From a virus (taxonomy: Duplodnaviria; Heunggongvirae; Uroviricota; Caudoviricetes), in IMG/VR virus record IMGVR_UViG_2713896902_000002, positions 1 through 36,980 of that record: 36,980 nt of DNA, one strand, 5' to 3'. Below the pieces are notes generated by a model, which had not been told where the DNA came from, did not search any database, and worked only from the letters and a program-made list of their open reading frames with translations. Each line of letters begins with the position of its first letter. The stretch's first letter is position 1. Positions 17,873 to 27,090 of the stretch are shown one piece after another. Both the position numbers and the translations under genes were made by a program.

Positions 17873-18196
17873 GTGAGCACCATTCAAACAGGGATCACAG
17901 AGCAGATTATTGCGTGGCTCTTTGACCACCTGCCAACGGTGTATGCAGCAGGTGCAGCGGTCAGCATTTCCGCGCTGATGAGTCTTTATGACGGACGAAC
18001 ACTGGTTCAGACCGTAACGGGATCGCTGGCGTGCGGCGTTCTTGCCATGGCCGTGGCCGGGTCGTTGCGCTTCTTCGGCGTTCCTGAGGATGCCGTGACG
18101 TTTTTCGGCGCATCAATCGGCTTTATGGGCGCAGAAAAAGCACGCGACAAGATTATTGCCGCCTTTAACCGCATAACCCAAAAGAGAGACGAATAG
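17873..18196 (+). CDS. putative holin (P2 Y position)
   Basis: GTG start after X; hydrophobic segments; sits between X and the endolysin. Confidence 0.5.
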   Translation: MSTIQTGITEQIIAWLFDHLPTVYAAGAAVSISALMSLYDGRTLVQTVTGSLACGVLAMAVAGSLRFFGVPEDAVTFFGASIGFMGAEKARDKIIAAFNRITQKRDE

Positions 18197-18251
18197 GCCG
18201 CAGGCTTTAAAGCCGGTAATCACCATAAAAATCATTCACAGAGGTGACGAA

Positions 18252-18797
18252 ATGAAATCGAAAGACGAAATTTTTGATGCCGTTCTGGGCAAAGAAGGCG
18301 GCTACGTCAATCACCCGGATGACAGAGGTGGTCCGACCAAATGGGGCATCACTGAAAAGGTGGCACGGGCGCACGGATACCGTGGCGATATGCGTGATTT
18401 AACGCGCGGACAGGCACTGGAAATCCTTGAGGCTGATTACTGGTACGGACCGCGTTTTGATCAGATAGCGAAGCTGTCCCCGGATATTGCCGCAGAACTG
18501 TGTGACACTGGAGTAAATATGGGGCCGTCTGTGGCAACCAGAATGCTTCAACGCTGGCTGAACGTATTCAATCAGGGCGGGAGGCTGTATCCCGATATGG
18601 ACACGGACGGACGCACTGGCCCACGCACGATTAACGCATTGCGTGCATATCTGGAAAAACGCGGTCGGGACGGCGAGATGGTGATGCTAACAGCACTGAA
18701 CTGTACACAGGGTGAACGCTATCTGGAGCTGGCGGAAAAACGCGAAGCCAGTGAGTCGTTTGTCTACGGCTGGATGAAAGCGCGGGTATCCGTATAA
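18252..18797 (+). CDS. endolysin, GH108-type muramidase with C-terminal peptidoglycan-binding domain (predicted)
   Basis: N-terminal LGKEGGYVNHPDDRGGPTKWGIT signature typical of GH108 (COG3926-like) phage lysins. Confidence 0.7.
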   Translation: MKSKDEIFDAVLGKEGGYVNHPDDRGGPTKWGITEKVARAHGYRGDMRDLTRGQALEILEADYWYGPRFDQIAKLSPDIAAELCDTGVNMGPSVATRMLQRWLNVFNQGGRLYPDMDTDGRTGPRTINALRAYLEKRGRDGEMVMLTALNCTQGERYLELAEKREASESFVYGWMKARVSV

Positions 18798-18878
18798 AGC
18801 GTCGGCACCGCTTCCCTGCCCTCCAGGACGAACCGGAGTAACGCCAGCAGTAATAACTGAACAACGAGGACAACAGCC

Positions 18879-19346
18879 ATGCTGAAAACTGATTCCCTGC
18901 GTGAAGCCATGACCCGTTCGTGCCGATGGTGTCACGCCAACCCGGAGAAATTCACCATTTTCGTGGAGAGCGGCAACATTGAAACGACCGGAGAAACACC
19001 CTCGTTTGTTTACCGCTATCAGATGGTGATGTTTGTCATGGATTACGCCGGAGAGCTGGACGACCTGACGCTGCCGCTGCTGGCGTGGTTGTCGGAGAAT
19101 CAGCCACAGTTGTTGCTCAATCCGGAGCGCAATCAGGACATCAAATTTTCTGCCGTTATCAATGACGATGACAGCGCTGACCTCCTGTTTACGCTTCCCC
19201 TGCGGGAGCGCGTTCGCGTCACGCGCAGCAGTCAGGGCACACCGCAGGCAGAACACCTGCCGGAGCCCAAACCCCGCCTGCCCTCTTCCGAAGGCGACTG
19301 GTCGCATGTATTCCAGGATGTGACGTGGGGTGAAAACGATGGATAA
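18879..19346 (+). CDS. R: tail completion protein (P2 gpR family)
   Basis: 155-aa ORF at the R position before S and V. Confidence 0.7.
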   Translation: MLKTDSLREAMTRSCRWCHANPEKFTIFVESGNIETTGETPSFVYRYQMVMFVMDYAGELDDLTLPLLAWLSENQPQLLLNPERNQDIKFSAVINDDDSADLLFTLPLRERVRVTRSSQGTPQAEHLPEPKPRLPSSEGDWSHVFQDVTWGENDG

Positions 19347-19974
19347 GGCATTCACCCACGTGGATGAAACCTTTGAGGCCATCCGCGACAGCCTGAATCA
19401 GCAGGCCATCAACAACATCGCCAGAAAGCTGGCACAGGATTTACGTCGTTCCCAGCAGGCACGTATCCGGTCGCAGAAAGCACCGGACGGAACTGCATGG
19501 ACACCACGCAGACGCCGCGTTACCCGGATACAGGAGCGCATTCGCTTTATCTGGAATAACGAAACACGCACGCTGAAAAACTGGCATCACGACACAGGGA
19601 AATACGGGCGAACCATCACCGGGTGGGATGAGGATAAAAACAACATCCGCACGTTTTACCGGGATGACATCGACCGCTTTCTGAAAATACGCACCCGGCG
19701 CATCAACCAGGACAGCACAAAACGCGTCCCCATGTTCGTGAAACTGCGCACCGCCCGTTACCTGAAAGCCCGCGCAGATGCTTCCGGTGTGACGGTGGGT
19801 TACAGCGGCGTGGCCGCACGTATTGCACGCGTTCATCAGTTCGGTGAACGTGATCAGGTTGCGCCGGGCATTTTCACCGATTACCCGGTACGTGAGCTGC
19901 TGGGTATCAGTCCGGCAGACGAACGTCTGATTTATAACACGGTGCTGGGCCGGATTGCGGAGGCAGTACAGTGA
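19339..19974 (+). CDS. S: virion morphogenesis / tail completion protein (P2 gpS family); ORF opens at GTG 19330
   Basis: ORF overlapping R stop; position in P2-type order. Confidence 0.7.
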   Translation: MDKAFTHVDETFEAIRDSLNQQAINNIARKLAQDLRRSQQARIRSQKAPDGTAWTPRRRRVTRIQERIRFIWNNETRTLKNWHHDTGKYGRTITGWDEDKNNIRTFYRDDIDRFLKIRTRRINQDSTKRVPMFVKLRTARYLKARADASGVTVGYSGVAARIARVHQFGERDQVAPGIFTDYPVRELLGISPADERLIYNTVLGRIAEAVQ

Positions 19975-20552
19975 ACGCAGAACTTATGAGGCTGCTGAGC
20001 AATATCATCCGCACCGGGATCATCTCTGAAGTTGATGAGAAATCCTGGTGCGTGCGGGTCCGCAGCGGCGGACTGGAAACAGGCTGGCTGCGCTGGAACA
20101 CCACGCGCGCGGGTGCCTTCAATGTGTGGCTGCCGCCATCACCAGGCGAACAGGTGGTCATTGCCTGCATCGGCGGCAATCCAGAAACCGCCCTGATAAT
20201 TGGCAGCCTGTGGAGCGATGACATTCCGGCACCGGGCAAAAGCCTGAAAGAAATCGTGGTCAGCGCACCGGATGGCGCGGTGTTCCGCTACGACGCGGAC
20301 GCAGGCGCACTGAGCGCCAGCGGCATGAAAACGGCTACCCTGCAGGCATCCGTCAGCGTGAAACTGGACACGCCCGTCGTGGAGTGCACAAACCTTCTGA
20401 AAACAGCCGAGATTGACGTCACAAAAGGGGGAAAGATGAGCGGCAATATCACGCACAGCGGCGGCGACTTCACCTCCAACGGCGTGACCGTACACACGCA
20501 CAGGCATGGCGGCGTGGAAAGCGGCGGCAGCACAACAGGAGGCCCGCAGTGA
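19971..20552 (+). CDS. V: baseplate spike protein (P2 gpV family)
   Basis: 193-aa ORF, ATGA-coupled to S, glycine-rich C-terminus; P2 V-W-J-I order follows. Confidence 0.85.
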   Translation: MNAELMRLLSNIIRTGIISEVDEKSWCVRVRSGGLETGWLRWNTTRAGAFNVWLPPSPGEQVVIACIGGNPETALIIGSLWSDDIPAPGKSLKEIVVSAPDGAVFRYDADAGALSASGMKTATLQASVSVKLDTPVVECTNLLKTAEIDVTKGGKMSGNITHSGGDFTSNGVTVHTHRHGGVESGGSTTGGPQ

Positions 20553-20899
20553 CAACCCGCTACACAGGAATGAACCCGGACGGGACGGGAAACCTGAACG
20601 ATATGGAGCACCTGAAACAGTCAGTCAGGGACATCCTGACCACCCCGCTGGCCAGCCGGGTTATGCGACGGGAATATGGCAGTCTTGTCCCTGATTTGAT
20701 TGACGAACCCATGAATAACACCACGCGTCTGCAATGCATGAGTGCTGCTGTGATTGCACTGACACGATGGGAGCCACGCATTGCCCTGAACGCCATTGAT
20801 GTTGTCTGGAAGGCGGGAGGCCGCGCCGGGGTGACACTATCGGGTACTGTCATTCAGACCCTGCAGAATGTTGAATTAACCATCACGCTGAGGGAATAA
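20549..20899 (+). CDS. W: baseplate protein W (gp25-like)
   Basis: 116-aa ORF ATGA-coupled to V. Confidence 0.8.
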   Translation: MTTRYTGMNPDGTGNLNDMEHLKQSVRDILTTPLASRVMRREYGSLVPDLIDEPMNNTTRLQCMSAAVIALTRWEPRIALNAIDVVWKAGGRAGVTLSGTVIQTLQNVELTITLRE

Positions 20900-20902
20900 A
20901 TC

Positions 20903-21760
20903 ATGCCTGCCGTTGACCTTTCCCAGTTACCGGAACCCGCCATCATCGCGGAGCCTGATTTTGAGGCAATTCTGGCTGACACAAAGGCCAGGATGATTGC
21001 GGCTTATCCCGCCGGACAGCGTGAAGCCGTCTCCGCCGCGCTGGAGCTGGAATCGGAACCTCTGAACGTTATCGCCCAGACAACAGCGTTTCGTGAAATG
21101 CTGTTACGTCAGCGAATCAACGAGGGCGCACGCGCCTGCATGTTAAGCCACAGCACCGGGACAGACCTGGACAACCTCGCGGGCAATATGAACACAAAGC
21201 GCCTGACCATCACTCCGGCAACGGATACCACCGACGCGGTGATGGAAAGCGACACCTCGCTGAGACTGCGGGCGCAGCGGGCGTATGATGGCCTGAGCGT
21301 TGCTGGCCCGTCAGGCGCATACGAGTATTTTGCCCGCAGCGCCAGCGGTCTGGTACGTGATGCGCGGGCCATCAGTCCGTCTCCGGCAAATGTGACGGTT
21401 TCCATCCTGTCCACTGAAGGCGACGGAACAGCAACGGAGGCGTTGCTTAATACCGTTCGCGCCGTTCTGAATGCAGAGGATACCCGCCCGGTGGCCGACC
21501 GTCTGACCGTACAGAGCGCCAGAATCGTGACATGGCGGCTGAATGCAAAACTGTACTTTTACCCCGGCCCGGAATCCGAACCTATTCTGACCGCGGCGGA
21601 ATCATCATTCAGGGAGTGGCTGTCTGAGCAGGGACTTATCGGTCAGGACGTGGCGCTGTCAGCCATTGCCGCCGCACTGCATGTGCACGGCGTGCAACGC
21701 GTGGAGATAACCGAACCCACACAGAATCTGGCCATCAGCGAAGGTGGGCGCAATGAGTAA
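20903..21760 (+). CDS. J: baseplate wedge protein J
   Basis: 285-aa ORF at P2 J position. Confidence 0.85.
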   Translation: MPAVDLSQLPEPAIIAEPDFEAILADTKARMIAAYPAGQREAVSAALELESEPLNVIAQTTAFREMLLRQRINEGARACMLSHSTGTDLDNLAGNMNTKRLTITPATDTTDAVMESDTSLRLRAQRAYDGLSVAGPSGAYEYFARSASGLVRDARAISPSPANVTVSILSTEGDGTATEALLNTVRAVLNAEDTRPVADRLTVQSARIVTWRLNAKLYFYPGPESEPILTAAESSFREWLSEQGLIGQDVALSAIAAALHVHGVQRVEITEPTQNLAISEGGRNE

Positions 21761-22283
21761 TTCGCTGTTACCGCCATCAGCCAGCAATTTCATGCGTTGT
21801 GCCGAAGCCGTCGGAACGCGCATTACAGACATTCCGGTAGACCTCAACACGCTGTGGTCGCCGGACACATGCCCGGTGCATCTGCTGCCTTATCTCGCCT
21901 GGGCGTTTTCCGTTGACCGCTGGGACCGCAACTGGCCGGAGGAAACAAAGCGCCAGGTGATTCGCGATGCGTGGCTGATACACCGACACAAGGGGACCAT
22001 CAGCGCACTGCGCCGGGCCATTGAGCCGCTGGGATACCTCATTCGCGTGTCTGAGTGGTGGGAGTTCGGCGGAGAACCGGGAACATTTACCGTTGAAGTC
22101 GGCACACTGGACAGTGGCGTGACGGAGGAAATGTATCTGGAAATGGAGCGGTTGATTGCTGATGCCCGCCCGGTCAGCCGCCACATGACAGGGCTGAATA
22201 TCATTCAGGAAATCCCGGGGGATATTTTCGCAGCGGCGGCAACTTATGACGGTGAAGTTATTACCATTTATCCGGACGATTAA
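21753..22283 (+). CDS. I: baseplate protein I; ORF opens at GTG 21744
   Basis: Overlaps J stop; position and size as P2 I. Confidence 0.8.
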   Translation: MSNSLLPPSASNFMRCAEAVGTRITDIPVDLNTLWSPDTCPVHLLPYLAWAFSVDRWDRNWPEETKRQVIRDAWLIHRHKGTISALRRAIEPLGYLIRVSEWWEFGGEPGTFTVEVGTLDSGVTEEMYLEMERLIADARPVSRHMTGLNIIQEIPGDIFAAAATYDGEVITIYPDD

Positions 22284-22285
22284 GC

Positions 22286-24379
22286 ATGACCACAACACGA
22301 AAATTTAAAACCGTTATCACCGATACGGGTGCAAAAAAATTAGCACAGGCAGCCGCACCAGATGGCAACCCCGTCCGCCTGACACATATGGCCGTGGGTG
22401 ATGGTGGCGGTACTTTACCAACGCCAGACAGTAAGCAGACCCGTCTTGTGCATGAGGTGTGGCGACATACCGTTAATCGCGTCACCCTGGACGCAACACA
22501 TCAGAACCGCATTATTGCGGAGCTGGTTATTCCTCCAGAAACGGGCGGATTCTGGATCCGGGAAATTGGTGTGTTTGATGAGCACGGCGATTTAATTGCG
22601 GTGGGCAATACTGCCGAAAGTTACAAGCCAGCCGTTGCCGAAGGGTCCGGGCGTGCGCAAACATTTCGCACCATCCTGGCCGTATCCAGCACGGCCACCG
22701 TGGCGCTTACCGTGGATAACACCATGGTGATGGCCACAGTGGATTACGTGGATGACAAACTGAAAGAGCATGAACAGTCACGACGTCACCCGGATGCCTC
22801 GCTGACCGCAAAAGGTTTTACTCAGTTAAGCAGTGCGACCAACAGTACGTCTGAAGCACTGGCCGCAACGCCGAAAGCGGTAAAGGCCGCCTATGACCTT
22901 GCCAACGGGAAATATACTGCACAGGACGCCACCACAGCGCGAAAAGGCCTTGTCCAGCTCAGTAGTGCAACCAACAGCCCCTCTGAAACGCTGGCTGCGA
23001 CGCCAAAAGCTGTTAAGACGGTAATGGATGAAACGAACAAGAAAGCGCCGCTGTCGAGTCCGGCACTCACCGGAACGCCAACCGCACCAACTGCGCCAAA
23101 GGGTACTAACAATACTCAGATAGCAAACACGGCGTTCGTTATGGCCGCGATTGCCGCACTTGTAGACTCATCACCTGACGCACTGAATACGCTGAACGAG
23201 CTGGCTGCGGCGCTGGGCAACGACCCGAACTTTGCTACAACCATGACAAATATGTTGGCGGGTAAGCAACCGAAGGACGCCACCCTGACGGCGCTGGCCG
23301 GGCTTGCTACTGCGGCAGACAGATTTCCGTATTTTACGGGAAACGACACTGCCAGCCTTGCCACTCTGACAAAAGTCGGGCGGGATATTCTGGCTAAAGC
23401 GACCGTTGCCGCTGTTATCGAATACCTCGGTTTGCAGGAAACGGTAAATCAGGCTGCTGGCGCATTGCAGAAAAACCAGAACGGCGCAGATATTCCAAAC
23501 AAAGATAAATTTACGCAAACAATAGGTGCTTGCCGCTCTTTTCATGGCTTTATTAGCACAGGTGCAGGGAACTGGACAACGGCACAATTTATCGAATGGC
23601 TGGAATCTCAATGGGCTTTCAATCATCCATACTGGATGTGTAAATGCTCATGGTCATACGGCAATAATAAAATTATTACTGACACCGGATGTGGACTTAT
23701 TCACCTTGCGGGTTGTGTTATTGAAGTTATGGGCCATAAAGGCGCCATGACCATTCGTATAACCACACCGAGTACCTCTAGCGGGGGTGGCACTACGAAT
23801 GCGCAATTTATATATATTAACCACGGTTCAGAGTATTTACCTGGCTGGAGACGTGACTACAACACGAAAAATCAGCAGGCCGCTTTTGCTTTAGAGCAAA
23901 CAGGAAGCACTGTTGGAAATGATAAAGCAGTTGGCTGGAACTGGAATAGCGGGGTATATAACGCAAATATTGGTGGCGCATCGACATTAATCCTCCACTT
24001 CAATATGAACGCGGGTAGCTGCCCTGCTGTTCAATTCCGTGTGAATTATAAGAATGGCGGTATTTATTATCGTTCAGCGCGTGATGGTTATGGCTTCGAG
24101 GCTGACTGGTCAGAGTTTTACACCACAACCCGAAAACCATCAGCGGCAGATGTTGGGGCATATACTAAAGCGGAATGTAATACGCGGTTTATTACAGGTA
24201 TCCGATTAGGTACAAAATCGTCAGCGCAAACATGGAATGGCCCGGGCTGGGGCGATAAATCTGGTTACGTTGTTACAGGTTCCGTTAACTCAAACAAAGA
24301 TGAACTTATTGATACAACACAGGCAAGGCCAGTGCAATATTGTATCAATGGCACCTGGTATAATGCGGGAAGTATTTAA
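22286..24379 (+). CDS. H: tail fibre protein H (constant N-terminal part plus currently expressed variable C-terminal part)
   Basis: 697-aa ORF; internal repeat SSATNS-SE-LAATPKAVK typical of tail fibres; crossover site lies inside the gene at about codon 377. Confidence 0.9.
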   Translation: MTTTRKFKTVITDTGAKKLAQAAAPDGNPVRLTHMAVGDGGGTLPTPDSKQTRLVHEVWRHTVNRVTLDATHQNRIIAELVIPPETGGFWIREIGVFDEHGDLIAVGNTAESYKPAVAEGSGRAQTFRTILAVSSTATVALTVDNTMVMATVDYVDDKLKEHEQSRRHPDASLTAKGFTQLSSATNSTSEALAATPKAVKAAYDLANGKYTAQDATTARKGLVQLSSATNSPSETLAATPKAVKTVMDETNKKAPLSSPALTGTPTAPTAPKGTNNTQIANTAFVMAAIAALVDSSPDALNTLNELAAALGNDPNFATTMTNMLAGKQPKDATLTALAGLATAADRFPYFTGNDTASLATLTKVGRDILAKATVAAVIEYLGLQETVNQAAGALQKNQNGADIPNKDKFTQTIGACRSFHGFISTGAGNWTTAQFIEWLESQWAFNHPYWMCKCSWSYGNNKIITDTGCGLIHLAGCVIEVMGHKGAMTIRITTPSTSSGGGTTNAQFIYINHGSEYLPGWRRDYNTKNQQAAFALEQTGSTVGNDKAVGWNWNSGVYNANIGGASTLILHFNMNAGSCPAVQFRVNYKNGGIYYRSARDGYGFEADWSEFYTTTRKPSAADVGAYTKAECNTRFITGIRLGTKSSAQTWNGPGWGDKSGYVVTGSVNSNKDELIDTTQARPVQYCINGTWYNAGSI
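23415..23440. other. left gix/hix-like inversion crossover site inside H (ttatcgaatacctcggtttgcaggaa)
   Basis: 23 of 26 identical to the reverse complement of the site at 26335..26360; homology extends about 40 bp; encodes YLGLQETVN shared with the alternative fibre segment. Confidence 0.75.
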
Positions 24380-24381
24380 TT

Positions 24382-24915
24382 ATGATGCATTTAAAAAATA
24401 TCAAATCAGGAAACCCCAAAACCGTAGAACAATATGAATTAACACGACAATTTGGCGTTGTCTGGTTGTATTCTGATGACGGTAGAAACTGGTATGAGGA
24501 ACAGAAAAACTTTCAGGAAGATACAATAAAATTTGCTTACACTGCCGATGGAATCATTGTGGCTATAGATAAGGATGTATCGACAATTAATCCTGAAGGT
24601 TTAAGCGTTGTTGAGGTTCCTGATATTACAGCCAATAGGCGGGTCGATATTTCTGGTAACTGGATGTTCAAAGATGGCGCAGTGATAAAGCGGGAATATA
24701 CCGAAGAAGAACAGAGACAACAGGCGGAAAATGAGAAGCAAAATCTGTTACAACTCGTCAGGGATAAAACTCAGCTATGGGATTCTCAGCTACGACTTGG
24801 AATTATTTCTGCTGAGAACAAACAAAAATTGACCGAGTGGCTGCTCTACGCGCAGAAAGTGGAGTCTACGGATACCTCTGTCCTGCCAGTAACGTTTCCC
24901 GAACAACCAGAATGA
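24382..24915 (+). CDS. G: tail fibre assembly chaperone G (within invertible segment)
   Basis: [21 protein letters not shown]...; paralogous to the oppositely oriented G' copy. Confidence 0.85.
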   Translation: MMHLKNIKSGNPKTVEQYELTRQFGVVWLYSDDGRNWYEEQKNFQEDTIKFAYTADGIIVAIDKDVSTINPEGLSVVEVPDITANRRVDISGNWMFKDGAVIKREYTEEEQRQQAENEKQNLLQLVRDKTQLWDSQLRLGIISAENKQKLTEWLLYAQKVESTDTSVLPVTFPEQPE

Positions 24916-24942
24916 GAGAAGGCCCGCATCGGGCCTTAATTT

Positions 24943-25470
24943 TTACTCTGGTTTTTGTGGCCATTCTGGCTTTGCCGTATCCACGCGGCTGACCAGAACG
25001 CTGTAGCGTTCCCAGGCTTCCAGTCGTGTACGTTCCTCATCTGTTGCCATATTCAGCCTGACAGCACGTTCCAGAAGCTGGATGACTGATTCAGCTTCTG
25101 AAAGTAACGCGGCCTTTTGTGATTCGGCCTGTTGTTGCTGTTCGTCTGCTGTATAAATCCGCTTAACCACAGTTCCGTCCTTAAACACCCACTTCCCTGA
25201 ATCATCGGCACGACGATTGGCTGTTATATCGGGAATCTCAACGACGCTAAAGCCTTCGGGATTAAGTGTTGAGGCATCTTTGGTTATGGCAACAATAATA
25301 TTATTTTCGTCGTATACAATCTTTATGGTGTCGTCCTGAAAGTTATTTACTTCCTCATACCAGTTTTTACCGTCTTCGGACCATAACCAGATAACATCAA
25401 AAATTTTTGTTAGCTGATATTGTTCTTTTGTTTTTGGATTTCCGGACTTAATATTTTTTAAATGCTGCAT
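24943..25470 (-). CDS. alternative tail fibre assembly chaperone G' (opposite orientation)
   Basis: [21 protein letters not shown]..., paralog of G, convergent with it. Confidence 0.8.
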   Translation of the reverse strand: MQHLKNIKSGNPKTKEQYQLTKIFDVIWLWSEDGKNWYEEVNNFQDDTIKIVYDENNIIVAITKDASTLNPEGFSVVEIPDITANRRADDSGKWVFKDGTVVKRIYTADEQQQQAESQKAALLSEAESVIQLLERAVRLNMATDEERTRLEAWERYSVLVSRVDTAKPEWPQKPE

Positions 25471-25473
25471 AAT

Positions 25474-26334
25474 TTACACCTGTGCGACGTTATACCATGT
25501 GCCATTGATGTATTTTTGTATTGGTCTGAAGATGGCTTCATCATCGCCATCTACTTCACCAATGATTCTTAATCCGGTAATTGCGTGTCCGGCTTTTTCA
25601 TAACGACCACCACGCGCCATCAATTGAACAACACGCGTACCCAGGCGAACATCTTTTACATAGCGTGAATCAAAATTCCCCCAGTTGCTGGGCTGTATCT
25701 GACCGTTAACAGAAAATATTACCGAGTTATCTGTATTTCGCTGGCTATAGAAATGCCATCCTGCCTCATCGCCTAACTCTGCAACTACTGGACGGGTTGA
25801 AGCACCCCATAAATTAAACGTTGCATTCTTTGTGGAGGTGTTGGAGCTGGATAGCGAGAACTTTTTACTATCACCTGCCTGAATGTTTTTAAAAGCAATA
25901 GCAACTCCATTCTGAAAGCGGAATACTCGCTGACTATTAGCGTAAACATCCAGAATACCATCACCATTCTGTTTGAATCCGGTGTCATTATCACCAAGAA
26001 CAATAGAGCTACCACCTAACGCATTCGTCGTACCAACTCCAAGACTGCCATTAATGACGGCATTTACCAGAATATTTAGTGCATCCCATTTCAGCGTCAT
26101 CAGGTCTTTTGTTGTGGTGCTCTGGCGGCTTCTCCATTTGAAATATTCATTGCCGTTATCTCCCGTTTCAAACCACATGAATGAATCGGTGTCACCATCG
26201 GCATCATTTTTAAATCCAATCTTTGCCCAGTCAGTATTTCGAATCCAGGCAAGAATTGAGTCGTTTTCAAAAGTAAGTCCACCGGACAAGGTATCGCCTG
26301 TCTTTTGGACGGCGTTACCAGCCTTGTTTACCGT
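25474..26334 (-). CDS. alternative variable C-terminal tail fibre segment H'v (silent; no start of its own)
   Basis: Minus-strand ORF begins at the crossover with ...LGLQETVNKAG... matching H; ends ...YINGTWYNVAQV like the H terminus ...CINGTWYNAGSI. Confidence 0.7.
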   Translation of the reverse strand, partial: TVNKAGNAVQKTGDTLSGGLTFENDSILAWIRNTDWAKIGFKNDADGDTDSFMWFETGDNGNEYFKWRSRQSTTTKDLMTLKWDALNILVNAVINGSLGVGTTNALGGSSIVLGDNDTGFKQNGDGILDVYANSQRVFRFQNGVAIAFKNIQAGDSKKFSLSSSNTSTKNATFNLWGASTRPVVAELGDEAGWHFYSQRNTDNSVIFSVNGQIQPSNWGNFDSRYVKDVRLGTRVVQLMARGGRYEKAGHAITGLRIIGEVDGDDEAIFRPIQKYINGTWYNVAQV

Positions 26335-26360
26335 TTCCTGTAAACCGAGGTTTTTGATAA
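26335..26360. other. right gix/hix-like inversion crossover site (TTCCTGTAAACCGAGGTTTTTGATAA)
   Basis: Near-exact match to remembered Gin/Hin-family recombination sites; inverted relative to the 23415 site; 55 bp upstream of the invertase start. Confidence 0.8.
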
Positions 26361-26414
26361 TGGCCGTTTCTGGCCAGCGTGGCATGATTTGTGCTTTTGA
26401 GCGGGAGATTCAAC

Positions 26415-26567
26415 GTGCTGATTGGCTATGTACGCGTGTCAACAAATGACCAGAACACGGATTTGCAACGCAATGCACTCAATAGCGCAGGATGTGAACT
26501 GATTTTTGAAGATAAAATCAGCGGAACAACTGAGAAGACCAGAGGAAACAAAAAACCGCCAATCTGA
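26415..26567 (+). pseudogene. truncated serine DNA invertase (Gin/Hin/Cin/Pin family), N-terminal 50 codons only
   Basis: [38 protein letters not shown]... matches the invertase N-terminus including catalytic-Ser region, then stops; full-length proteins are about 190 aa. Confidence 0.75.
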
Positions 26568-26589
26568 TCATTAGCGGTTTTGCGTTAAA

Positions 26590-27078
26590 TCAGAACAACC
26601 CTTTAACTGAACTGGCCGCGCTGTTAAGGGATGATGTCACCTTATCTTTGAAGCCTGACAGCATATCGCTGAACGATGAGGATTGCAGGCGTTCCCGTAA
26701 ATCCTCATCACAGCGTTCAAGGGTCAGGGAAAACTCTATCTTTTTCGCTTTCCCGTAGCGATCCAGTTCAGAGCGGGTCGTGCTCGTTTCGGTCAGAACA
26801 TACATACCGTAAATCTGCCCGACACCATCAATCAGAGGCCACGGGCGCCCCACATACGCCTGCGTGGTCAGCAGCGACAGCGACACTTCGCCGCCTGTAA
26901 TCTCAGGATAAAGCACGCCGGAAAGAACGATGCGATCATCACCTGCACCGATATACTGCCAGCTTGCTGAACGGTTAATGCGCTCGTTTTTCACATGCCG
27001 CCAGCTTTTGTTTTGCTGTAACTGCTGATGCGGCAATGTGCGCAACTCAAAAACAAACATGCCGTAGACCATCATCAT
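26590..27078 (-). CDS. U: tail protein U (P2 gpU family)
   Basis: MMMVYGMFVFELRTLPHQQLQQNKSWRH resembles remembered P2 gpU N-terminus (MMMVLGLFVF.LRT.PYQE.QR..SWRH). Confidence 0.85.
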   Translation of the reverse strand: MMMVYGMFVFELRTLPHQQLQQNKSWRHVKNERINRSASWQYIGAGDDRIVLSGVLYPEITGGEVSLSLLTTQAYVGRPWPLIDGVGQIYGMYVLTETSTTRSELDRYGKAKKIEFSLTLERCDEDLRERLQSSSFSDMLSGFKDKVTSSLNSAASSVKGLF

Positions 27079-27090
27079 GGCCAGGCCTCC

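Noticed and set aside
18687-19382. 231-aa minus-strand ORF overlapping the endolysin end and gene R
   Set aside because: Antisense to R, which is supported by position and overlaps S in the conserved manner; no start context.
25474-26385. Treating the H' ORF (with its in-frame M at 26385) as an independent intact gene
   Set aside because: Its 5' end runs across the crossover site into the invertase promoter region; by analogy with Mu/P1 it is a silent variable cassette expressed only after inversion fuses it to the constant part of H.
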